The notes beneath the pieces are model-generated. The model was not told where the DNA came from, ran no database searches, and saw only the letters and a list, made by a program, of their open reading frames with translations. This document shows positions 11,802 to 21,500 of a stretch of DNA of 64,000 nt, piece by piece. The position numbers were made by a program, and so were the translations under genes. The stretch is taken from contig CAVUSO010000001.1 in assembly GCA_963744145.1 (NCBI GenBank), positions 1 to 64,000 on the forward strand. Reading direction: 5' to 3'. Within the stretch, counting starts at the first letter, position 1; each line of letters opens with the position of its first letter. Source of the DNA: an uncultured cyanobacterium. Its GTDB lineage: Bacteria > Cyanobacteriota > Cyanobacteriia > Cyanobacteriales > CAWUOF01.

Positions 11802-12499
11802 GATCCGGCATATTGGTAATCTATTTGAAATGACGAACAGCTTACTAATCCCCATATTGACCTAGGATTTAGAAACTGTAAAATGATGAAATAGTAAAAA
11901 ATGAAAAGAGAACACATTCACAGGATCAATAACCATTATGTCGGGGCTGAATATAAATTGTTGGCTAGTAACATTTATTTGGAGCGATCGCACTTAAGCT
12001 AAAAAACGTGGCTAAATCAAGAATCTCTGTTAATACTTTAACATCTCTTTTACCAGGCATAACTCTAAATTCCTCCAAAAATATTCCCTCGCTTGGATTT
12101 ATATTTAACAATAAATATTGTTTCTATGTCAATGGTTACAGCACTTTAAGTTACTTTTTGATATATTTGTTAATATTGTTTAATAAATTTGACTAATAGT
12201 TTAGCATAACATACACCGAAGAGCCTTAATTTTTTCTTAGATTGTAACCCTAAACGCGACCAAGATGGTCCCATTACAAAGTCTTGCTAGATAATCGTCT
12301 CAATTTTTGAATTGGGTTTTCCGATTTTCGGTAAAAGTATTTCCAAAGATAGTAAGTCATCTTTCCCCAAATGCTATTGAATCGATTAAGGTGAAATTTT
12401 AAGATGTTTAACAAGAAGAAAACGGTTAAGTAATTAACAAGTTTCTTTGCCCATGTAGTCAAAATTCTGATGTAATTTTCACCCAAAATTGAGGTATCA

Positions 12500-12838
12500 A
12501 TGATGAAATTATTTTCCTCTAAATCAACCATTTTTCTACTTCTATTAGGTTCTCTTAGCAGTTCCGTTTTTAGTCTTCCAGCTCATGCTAATGAGGTTAG
12601 TTCATTTCCCGATGGCTTTCGTCCAATTCATCATCAAGAGGATGCGATCGCGATCAGAAAGCCGAAATTTCTAGGTCAAAACCGGACTCATGAGCCAAGG
12701 GATGGAGTCAAAAATTCCAACTATTACGGACCAATGGTTCGGCGTGTAGAACATCAAGAAGTCAAAAATCGCGACCATTATAGCCCCATCCGTCGGCGCG
12801 TAGAACATCAAGATGGTAATTGGGGTTTCCGACGTTAG
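12500..12838 (+). CDS. Small secreted protein with two 18-aa repeats (copy 1)
   Basis: GAGGT ribosome site; hydrophobic leader ending AHA|N; repeat VKN......RRVEHQ twice. Confidence 0.75.
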   Translation: MMKLFSSKSTIFLLLLGSLSSSVFSLPAHANEVSSFPDGFRPIHHQEDAIAIRKPKFLGQNRTHEPRDGVKNSNYYGPMVRRVEHQEVKNRDHYSPIRRRVEHQDGNWGFRR

Positions 12839-13017
12839 GATTAACCTGACTTCCATATCCATGTAATTCTCCCAGTTATTGCCCGACGCTTTAATTGTTA
12901 ATTCCATTGATGACGATTTTTTGAGAGACGCGATCGCACTTCTTGGTTCCTCCCACTATTTTGAACATAGCGATCGCAACTCTTTCCTAAAACATTATCA
13001 ACAACAGGTCGTAAAAC

Positions 13018-13428
13018 ATGATGACTCAAGCTAAGTTATTACAATTTCGATTTAGTCAACTAATTCTGATGGTATTAGTCGTTATGCCAATAGTGACCTT
13101 ATCTGCTCAGAAAACCCTAGCTATACCATTAGACCAATACCTTCGTAAGGCATTAGATGGGATGCTTGGGCCGGAACCTAATCCTGACCCCCCAACAAAT
13201 GTTCCTGCTTCACAATCCCCTGGTCAATACCCTACTTCTCCAAATAATTCATTACCACCTTATACATATCCTCCAAATTATCCACAACCTTATTATCCAG
13301 TTCCACAACCTTATTATCCAGTTCCACAACCTTATTATCCAGGTTATCAACAATGGAATAACCGACCACCTTATTACCCTCACCCTCCTATCCATTATCA
13401 TTACCCAGTTTATCCAAGGCGTTGGTAA
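13018..13428 (+). CDS. Secreted or membrane-anchored Pro/Tyr-rich protein (copy 1)
   Basis: Hydrophobic N-terminus ending TLA|I; 21-bp repeats encoding PQPYYPV; frame conserved in copy 2. Confidence 0.7.
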   Translation: MMTQAKLLQFRFSQLILMVLVVMPIVTLSAQKTLAIPLDQYLRKALDGMLGPEPNPDPPTNVPASQSPGQYPTSPNNSLPPYTYPPNYPQPYYPVPQPYYPVPQPYYPGYQQWNNRPPYYPHPPIHYHYPVYPRRW

Positions 13429-13791
13429 ATCAGGTTCTGAAAATGACTCATCCAAAAATTTAGTATCTTGAAGGAAAATAGTTAATATAATTTGCCTAAA
13501 AACGCTATTTATCCCATCAATTCCCCACACTTATACAGCTCGGTGCTGATCGCGATCGGCACCGCTAAAATTAGCAATTTTAGTTATTTTAGTCGCGGGT
13601 AACACCCTCGCACAAGAACCTCCAGATCACGATTTTTCTGCCTTCTTTGGGGCAATGAGCAGAATTTAGTGACCCTCAATATAGACTATAATGGAGACCT
13701 TTTCCAGATTTTGGAAATCAATTTACCGGAAAAGGTAAAGCCAAAGCTAGTTCTGATCCGATATTATCTATTTTTAGGCTAAGAGGAAATT

Positions 13792-14133
13792 ATGATGAGT
13801 GAAAATTTAACGGAATGGTTTGCGATCGCTGGTAAAGAGCTTCCTACCGCAGATATAGAGAGATCAGTAAAAATAGCAATTGCTGGGGGGATTCATACTC
13901 CTAAAGAAATGAAATTGAGATTAGAATTAAAGCCAGAATGGCTTTTAGTTCTGCAATTGGCTAGTGAAGAAGCCTTAACGGATAAGGGCATAGCTAAAAA
14001 AATAAATGTATGTGAAAAGACTGTGCGTAATTATTGGAATCATATTTATAATGCTTTGCAAATTTATGATGATGCGGATCAAAATATTCGAGTTCAAAGC
14101 ATAAATATGGCGCGAAAACGTGGAGTTCTTTAA
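13792..14133 (+). CDS. LuxR/NarL-type HTH regulator lacking most of the receiver domain
   Basis: LTDKGIAKKINVCEKTVRNYW HTH; AAGAGG ribosome site; directly upstream of the CHASE2 kinase. Confidence 0.75.
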   Translation: MMSENLTEWFAIAGKELPTADIERSVKIAIAGGIHTPKEMKLRLELKPEWLLVLQLASEEALTDKGIAKKINVCEKTVRNYWNHIYNALQIYDDADQNIRVQSINMARKRGVL

Positions 14134-14158
14134 GAAAACTTAAATATCGGATTTGATC

Positions 14159-16162
14159 ATGTCAATGAAAGAAAAATTACTCAAAGTTTTGCTCATGTTA
14201 ATGAAAGTAAATTACTCAAAGATTTTATTAGGAACGCTAGTTATTGGAATCCTAATTACAGGTCGTCTAAGTGGAATGTTTCAGTTGTTTGAATGGATGG
14301 CTTTTGATAATTTCCTGCGGATGAGTCCAGCAGAACCTGTTGATAACCGGATGGTGATTATTGGTATTAATGAAGACGATATTCATCGTTTTAAATATCC
14401 AATTCCAGATCAAGCTTTAGCTAAATTATTAATAACTTTACAGGGATATAATCCCGCTGCTATTGGTCTTGATTTAGTTCGGGATTTACCGATTGAGCCA
14501 GGACATCAAGATTTAATAAAAGCTTTTAAAATTGAAAATTTGATCGGGACAAAAAAAGTTTTAGCAGAACCAGGTGATCCGGAAAATGTCATAATTAACC
14601 CACCACCAGAACTTCCTTCTAAGCAAGTAGGGTTTATTTATACATTACTTGATGATGATGGTAATGTGAGACGTTATCTTTTGAGTGAAAGGCAAACGGG
14701 TAAAGAATTTAATATGTCCTTTGCTATTCGTTTGGCAGAAAAATATTTATCGACCAAGGGATATTCCTTAGAAAATCGTCCAACTGATAAATGGACTATG
14801 CAGTTTGTCTCTAAAAATCCCGATCGCTCCATTGAATTAACCCGTTTTCGTTCTCCTAGTGGAGGATATGTAAGCGCTGATGATGGGGGAAGCCAAATTC
14901 TGCTTAATTTTAGAAGTGGCAAAAGTCCTTTTCGGATTATATCTATGAATGATATCGAAACTGGTAAAGTAACCAGAAATGATATCGAAGGGCGTATTAT
15001 CCTTATAGGGATGAGAACTTATAGTGCTAAAGATTTAGTCAATGCTGCCGCGATCGCTAATAGTAATAGAGGGCAAGTTTTTGGGATAGAATTTCAAGCT
15101 CATGCAATTAGTCAAATTATTAGTGCAGTGCTAGATGATCGACCTTTAATCAAAGGTTTACCAGAGTTTTTAGTATATGTATATATGGTAATTTTGGGAA
15201 TAGTTGGGATCTATTTAGGTTCACTTAATAAATTACCGTTGCAGATTTTGCTCATTAACATCATTGTCAACATCGTTTTGATCGGAGTAGGTTATGGATT
15301 TATCCTAATGGGTTGGTGGATTCCAGTTGTACCTTCTTGTTCAAGTCTAACCCTAACTACCATTGCTCTATTGTTTTATCGATATGAGTTTTATCGATAT
15401 GAGCAATATCTGAAAACACAAATTAATGAACGGGATCAAATTATTGATGAAGTATATGCAATGATTCATAATGGACCATTGGCAAATACTAATCTAATTT
15501 TAAGTGAATTTCAAGTTGATACCTCATCCAATCACCAGTTATTAGCAAAGCTGAAAGAGTTAAGACAACAACTGAAGGAAATTCGTCAAAGAATGCGAAA
15601 GGAACTTCTAGATCAAGGAGTTAGTCTATATGTTCAGGATTTAATGATCAGTGTGGTAGAAGAACCTCTCCATGAAATCCTTTATCAAGTGTATTTGAAG
15701 ACGATTTCTCTGGATTTTCCCTGTTTTACTAATATTTACATGGTGCCAACTTTTGAGCAGCTAGATACTTCGTCTTTAAATGATGTACAAAAGAAAGAAA
15801 TTTGTAGATTTTTGGAAGCAGCATTATTCAATGTGGGGATGCACGCTCAAGGAGCAAATAAACTGGAGGTAAACTGTAAACAAGAGCAAGGAATAAACGT
15901 TATTCGGATTGTTGATAATGGTAAAGGTATGGATTTATCTAAATCGGAAGGATGGGGGACATCTCATGCTAAAAAATTAGCAAAGTCTTTAGGTGGTAAA
16001 TTTTCTAATTATACCAATCATGCTGCCCACTGCACTATTTGTGAGTTAACTTGGTCTAGCAAAAAACCTAATTTCTGGAAATTGATGGGTCAGTTTATAA
16101 AAATCAAACTAATAAACCGTAAAGATACCATTGACAAAAAGCATCAGGGATATTTAAGCTAG
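14159..16162 (+). CDS. CHASE2-domain sensor histidine kinase (copy 1)
   Basis: DNRMVIIGINEDD, PAAIGLDLVRD and GIEFQAHAISQI CHASE2 motifs; three TM segments; H-box IHNGPL; N-box EAALFNV; DNGKG. Confidence 0.9.
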   Translation: MSMKEKLLKVLLMLMKVNYSKILLGTLVIGILITGRLSGMFQLFEWMAFDNFLRMSPAEPVDNRMVIIGINEDDIHRFKYPIPDQALAKLLITLQGYNPAAIGLDLVRDLPIEPGHQDLIKAFKIENLIGTKKVLAEPGDPENVIINPPPELPSKQVGFIYTLLDDDGNVRRYLLSERQTGKEFNMSFAIRLAEKYLSTKGYSLENRPTDKWTMQFVSKNPDRSIELTRFRSPSGGYVSADDGGSQILLNFRSGKSPFRIISMNDIETGKVTRNDIEGRIILIGMRTYSAKDLVNAAAIANSNRGQVFGIEFQAHAISQIISAVLDDRPLIKGLPEFLVYVYMVILGIVGIYLGSLNKLPLQILLINIIVNIVLIGVGYGFILMGWWIPVVPSCSSLTLTTIALLFYRYEFYRYEQYLKTQINERDQIIDEVYAMIHNGPLANTNLILSEFQVDTSSNHQLLAKLKELRQQLKEIRQRMRKELLDQGVSLYVQDLMISVVEEPLHEILYQVYLKTISLDFPCFTNIYMVPTFEQLDTSSLNDVQKKEICRFLEAALFNVGMHAQGANKLEVNCKQEQGINVIRIVDNGKGMDLSKSEGWGTSHAKKLAKSLGGKFSNYTNHAAHCTICELTWSSKKPNFWKLMGQFIKIKLINRKDTIDKKHQGYLS

Positions 16163-16235
16163 ATTGGAGATAAAAGATTGGATTAAAAAGTTTTCTTGGG
16201 CTATAATTTGTAACTGTAAATAATGAGTAGGAGTA

Positions 16236-17123
16236 ATGTTGGTTATGAAGCGATTTTTCTGGTTATCTAATAAATCTTTTAACTATAAACTACTGCTCAT
16301 TTGTATCTTTAGTTTATCTCTAACCATCTCCAAGGTAGGTTTGGCTGAATTTCAACCACCATCTGATGCTTCTTCTCCATCTGGTCTATCAGGTTCATCA
16401 AGTAGTAGAGGTGGAAGTTGTGATCAGGATAGAACAACCGAATTAACATTATTAGGTCCGATCAATCCGATCGGATATGTGGGACAATTGAATTCTAATG
16501 AGATCACATTCGCTTGGTTTGTTCCTAGTCAAATTCCTAAGCAAACATCAGTAGCATTTAGGCTTTCTAATTCAACACATGCTATTATATGGCAAACAGA
16601 TTTAAAACTTTCTTCAGGAATTATGACGATTTCTATACCCAAGGGAAAGCTATTAGTTGGACAGAAATATCTCTGGGAAGTGTCTATTTGCTATAATAAT
16701 CTTGATCACCCATCTAAGTTTCTCAGGCTTGGAACAGAGCTAGCGGTTATAGATGTACCATCTAATTTGGCACTAGAACTTGCTAAAACTAAAGACTCTT
16801 TGCAGAGAGCAGCTCTCTATGCAAAAGCTGGTTTATGGTACAATGCTGTTAGCGAAGCTGTAACGACTAAAGAGCAAGAAGAGTCAAAAGTAAAACAATA
16901 CCTAGTAACTCTATTAAAAGATTTAAAAGGAATAGAGGAGAAAAAGTTAAAGGAAAAATTTCCAAATCTTGAAAAAGAAAATTTAGAAACTTTCTGTGAT
17001 TCGACCGCCATCAGGAAAGAGGGTTTCAAAGATGTTTGTGAGCAAGTTAGATCATTAGATAAAATCATCAAAACTCAAGCTTTGCTTTCTGCTCCAATTA
17101 CCCCAGCTAAGCTTGATCATTAA
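16236..17123 (+). CDS. DUF928 family secreted protein
   Basis: Signal peptide, FQPP...SSSRGGSC, TFAWFVP, YLWEVSI, YAKAGLWYNA. Confidence 0.85.
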   Translation: MLVMKRFFWLSNKSFNYKLLLICIFSLSLTISKVGLAEFQPPSDASSPSGLSGSSSSRGGSCDQDRTTELTLLGPINPIGYVGQLNSNEITFAWFVPSQIPKQTSVAFRLSNSTHAIIWQTDLKLSSGIMTISIPKGKLLVGQKYLWEVSICYNNLDHPSKFLRLGTELAVIDVPSNLALELAKTKDSLQRAALYAKAGLWYNAVSEAVTTKEQEESKVKQYLVTLLKDLKGIEEKKLKEKFPNLEKENLETFCDSTAIRKEGFKDVCEQVRSLDKIIKTQALLSAPITPAKLDH

Positions 17124-17239
17124 TCATCCCCAAATTTTGGTAGAGCAACCTAGCATCAAAACCAGAATCTTGATAAAATCAACATAAAATAACCACAGGT
17201 AGTCTTGTCTGACAACCCTAGTCAATGACACCAAATTGT

Positions 17240-17340
17240 CTCCAGACTTAGTTATCTCCTGGGAAGCATTACCAGATGATTTTGAATTAGAGGATGAACC
17301 TGTGGAAAATACCGGACAGCCATTACTAGCTGGAGCTTGA
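17240..17340 (+). pseudogene. Uma2 (DUF820) N-terminal fragment
   Basis: Reads LVISWEALPDDFELEDEPVENTGQPLLAGA*. Confidence 0.6.
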
Positions 17341-17725
17341 GAGTGTCAATGCTACTGCTAGGGGGAAGCAAGCTAGGGGATGATATCGTGACCTTATGAT
17401 CATTTCATCTCTTCAATCAGCACGGAATTAGGGCAAAAGGATCTAATATGCGTTCGTATTGGGCTAAGGGATTATTATCATTATCTTTCTGGGTAGCACG
17501 ACTGGGAGTACAATCCCAAATCTCACAGATTAATTGCACCTTAGTTTTACCTACTGCTCTCCCATCTTTGATGAGCTGAAAAATTTCCTCATCAGTTGGT
17601 TCCTAGTGATCAACATTCTCTAGTGAAGCCTGTAGATGTTCAAGCGATCGCACTCACTAAACAAGCGAGAGTGTGGTAAGATATATAACATCTTAAATTG
17701 ACCGATTTTTCTAAGAGGAAAATAT

Positions 17726-18304
17726 ATGGTATTAGTAGCGGAACAAGTCAAGCAAAGGAAAAAACTATTTACTGTAGACGAATATCATAAGATGGGTGAG
17801 GTTGGGATTATTCATCCAGATGAGAGAGTAGAACTGATTGAAGGAGAGATTTTTACAATGGCAGCAATGGGTAGACCCCATAGAGCAGGGTTACTTAGGC
17901 TAAATAAAATTTTATCTAAAGAACTAGGTGAACTTGCTACAGTTGGCATTCAAGTTCCGATTATTTTGGATGATCTATCAGAACCAGAACCAGATGTATC
18001 GTTACTGATACCTCGTGCTGACTATTATGCTGGGATAGACCCTAATCCTAAAGATGTCTATTTGTTGATTGAGGTATCCCATACCACCCTTGACTATGAC
18101 CATGATAAAGCAATTACATACTCAAAGTCTGGGATAAAAGAACTTTGGATCGTAAATATTACAGCAGATTTAATAGAAGTTTATCGCGACCCTTCAGCTC
18201 AGGGTTATCAAACTGTTTTGGAGTTTAGACGCGGTGATTCTATTTCACCTTTAGCTTTTCCTGATCTGGTTTTGTCTGTTGATGAACTTTTGGGCATCGA
18301 TTAG
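17726..18304 (+). CDS. Uma2 (DUF820) family endonuclease
   Basis: FTVDEYHKM, RVELIEGEI, SEPEPD, LLIEVS, GIKELWIVN. Confidence 0.92.
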   Translation: MVLVAEQVKQRKKLFTVDEYHKMGEVGIIHPDERVELIEGEIFTMAAMGRPHRAGLLRLNKILSKELGELATVGIQVPIILDDLSEPEPDVSLLIPRADYYAGIDPNPKDVYLLIEVSHTTLDYDHDKAITYSKSGIKELWIVNITADLIEVYRDPSAQGYQTVLEFRRGDSISPLAFPDLVLSVDELLGID

Positions 18305-18596
18305 CGATCGCTCTCCATGAACAAGCGATGTCCCTAAAGAGTTGTTACGCGATCGCTCTCCATTAAACCAAAACGCGATCGCATTGTGACTTTGAAAGAG
18401 TATCACTCGACCTCACCCAAATTGTAAAGTTATGTAAACAAAAGCGTCGTCGCCTGCGTTTTTGGAGATTTGAATTAGGCGATCGCATTCAAACTATGTC
18501 AAATCAGATTAAATAATTATGTTATTGGTTATCGCTGGGAAATGGGGTTTAAAATCTGAGCATCAATAAAACAAATTAACCTTGATTTTTAGAGAT

Positions 18597-21500
18597 ATGG
18601 TTATGGGTCTAAATATTTATAAGTTTAATGTACGGGCGTGCTTAGGGGCTTTAGCTTATGGAGTTATTTGGTCTAGTCCTTTAATTATAATTGATAGGGC
18701 GATCGCTGTTGATGGGGTTCAAAGAGCGATACCTCTGGGTCGTCGTGATATGATCGCACAACAGCCAAGTTCACCAAATATAGATAAAGCTAATGCTGAT
18801 CGTCTTTTTGAAGAAGGACTGCAACTATATAAGCAACAGACAATTGAGTCTCTAAAAGAGGCGATTAAGAAGTGGGAAGAAGCAGGAAAAATCTATCATG
18901 ACCTGGGCGATCGCTCTGGTGAAGCTAATACCCTCAACAATATCGGTCTCGTTTACAACTCATGGGGGGAAAAGCAGAAAGCCTTAGACTTCTACAATCA
19001 GTCTTTGCCCCTCTCTCGGGCGGTGGGCGATCGCTCTGGTGAAGCTAATACCCTCAACAATATCGGCAATGTTTACAACGATTTGGGGGAAAAGCAGAAA
19101 GCCTTAGACTTCTACAATCAGTCTTTGCCCCTCAAACGGGCGGTGGGCGATCGCTCTGGTGAAGCTAATACCCTCGGTAATATCGGCAATGTTTACAACT
19201 CATGGGGGGAAAAGCAGAAAGCCTTAGACTTCTACAATCAGTCTTTGCCCCTCAAACGGGCGGTGGGCGATCGCTCTGGTGAAGCTAAGACCCTCAACAA
19301 TATCGGCAATGTTTACAACTCATGGGGGGAAAAGCAGAAAGCCTTAGACTTCTACAATCAGTCTTTGCCCCTCTTTCGGGCGGTGGGCGATCGCTCTGGT
19401 GAAGCTAATACCCTCATTGGTATCGGCAATGTTTACAACTCATGGGGGGAAAAGCAGAAAGCCTTAGACTTCTACAATCAGTCTTTGCCCCTCTCTCGGG
19501 CGGTGGGCGATCGCTCTGGTGAAGCTAATACCCTCATTGGTATCGGTCTCGTTTACAACGATTTGGGGGAAAAGCAGAAAGCCTTAGACTTCTACAATCA
19601 GTCTTTGCCCCTCTTTCGGGCGGTGGGCGATCGCTCTGGTGAAGCTAATACCCTCATTGGTATCGGCAATGTTTACAACTCATGGGGGGAAAAGCAGAAA
19701 GCCTTAGACTTCTACAATCAGTCTTTGCCCCTCTCTCGGGCGGTGGGCGATCGCTCTGGTGAAGCTAATACCCTCAACAATATCGGCATTGTTTACAACG
19801 ATTTGGGGGAAAAGCAGAAAGCCTTAGACTTCTACAATCAGTCTTTGCCCCTCTCTCGGGCGGTGGGCGATCGCTCTGTTGAAGCTAAGACCCTCAACAA
19901 TATCGGCAATGTTTACAACGATTTGGGGGAAAAGCAGAAAGCCTTAGACTTCTACAATCAGTCTTTGCCCCTCTTTTGGGCGGTGGGCGATCGCTCTGGT
20001 GAAGCGTCTACCCTCATTGGTATCGGCAATGTTTACAACTCATGGGGGGAAAAGCAGAAAGCCTTAGACTTCTACAATCAGTCTTTGCCCCTCTCTCGGG
20101 CGGTGGGCGATCGCTCTGGTGAAGCGTCTACCCTCATTGGTATCGGTCTCGTTTACAACGATTTGGGGGAAAAGCAGAAAGCCTTAGACTTCTACAATCA
20201 GTCTTTGCCCCTCTCTCGGGCGGTGGGCGATCGCTCTGGTGAAGCTAATACCCTCAACAATATCGGTCTCGTTTACAACGATTTGGGGGAAAAGCAGAAA
20301 GCCTTAGACTTCTACAATCAGTCTTTGCCCCTCTCTCGGGCGGTGGGCGATCGCTCTGGTGAAGCTAATACCCTCAACAATATCGGCTTGGTTTACGACG
20401 ATTTGGGGGAAAAGCAGAAAGCCTTAGACTTCTACAATCAGTCTTTGCCCCTCTCTCGGGCGGTGGGCGATCGCTCTGGTGAAGCTAATACCCTCATTGG
20501 TATCGGCAATGTTTACAACTCATGGGGGGAAAAGCAGAAAGCCTTAGACTTCTACAATCAGTCTTTGCCCCTCTCTCGGGCGGTGGGCGATCGCTCTGGT
20601 GAAGCGTCTACCCTCGGTAATATCGGCAATGTTTACTCAGATTTGGGGGAAAAGCAGAAAGCCTTAGACTTCTACAATCAGTCTTTGCCCCTCTCTCGGG
20701 CGGTGGGCGATCGCTCTGGTGAAGCGTCTACCCTCAACAATATCGGCAGTGTTTACTCAGATTTGGGGGAAAAGCAGAAAGCCTTAGACTTCTACAATCA
20801 GTCTTTGCCCCTCTCTCGGGCGGTGGGCGATCGCACTGGTGAAGCTATTACCCTTTTTAATCAAGCTCAGCTAAAGCGTAGTCAGGGGAATCTGCAAGAA
20901 AGCCGCTCAGACATTGAAAATGCAGTACATATTATTGAAGACCTTCGCACTAAAATTGCTAGCCCAGACTCCCGCATTTCCTACTTTGCTACAGTGCAAG
21001 ATTATTACAAGTTTTATATTGACTTACTCATGCAGTTGCACAAACAACACCCCTCCCAAGGATTTGATGCTCAAGCACTAGAAGCTAGCGATCGCTCTCG
21101 GGCCCGTGGATTAATTGAACTCTTAACAGAAGCTAAAGCTAAAATTACTACTGGAGTAGACCCGAAATTATTAGAACAGGAACAAAATATACAATTCAAA
21201 ATTGATGCTTTTGAAAAAAATCGCCTAAAAATTCTCAATGGTAATCCTACCCAAGAACAAAAAGATGAACTGCAACAACAGGAAGAAAAACTCCTTGAAG
21301 AATACAAGAATAATCTTGACGAAATCCGTACTAATAGCCCTAGTTACGCCAGTTTAAAATATCCTCAGCCTCTCACTCTAGCAGAAATTCAACAAAACGT
21401 TCTTGATGACAATACTTTGTTGCTGCAATATTCTTTGGGAAGCGATCGCAGTTACATCTGGGCAGTAACCAAAACCGAGATTACCAGTTATGAACTCTCC

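Larger units (their letters stand above)
12010..16234 (+). repeat. Segmental duplication, copy 1
   Basis: Colinear and near-identical to 22873..27297; 11584..11748 also matches 22563..22727. Confidence 0.95.

Noticed and set aside
11510-11811. ORFs 11510..11743, 11605..11811 and counterparts 22489..22722, 22584..22799
   Set aside because: They overlap the CHAT 3' end or HIP1-rich spacer; recurrence is explained by DNA duplication.
13157-13530. Alternative-frame ORFs over the Pro/Tyr gene (also 24020..24372)
   Set aside because: By-products of the 21-bp repeat lacking stops; no independent coding signal.
18905-20850. CRISPR array
   Set aside because: The units are in-frame 120-bp coding repeats with no unique spacers, and there is no cas operon in the window.
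18905-20850. TALE-like DNA-binding repeat code
   Set aside because: The repeats fit the TPR consensus (G8, Y11, G15, A20, Y24) and the protein has a signal-peptide-like leader. Nucleic-acid binding is unsupported.
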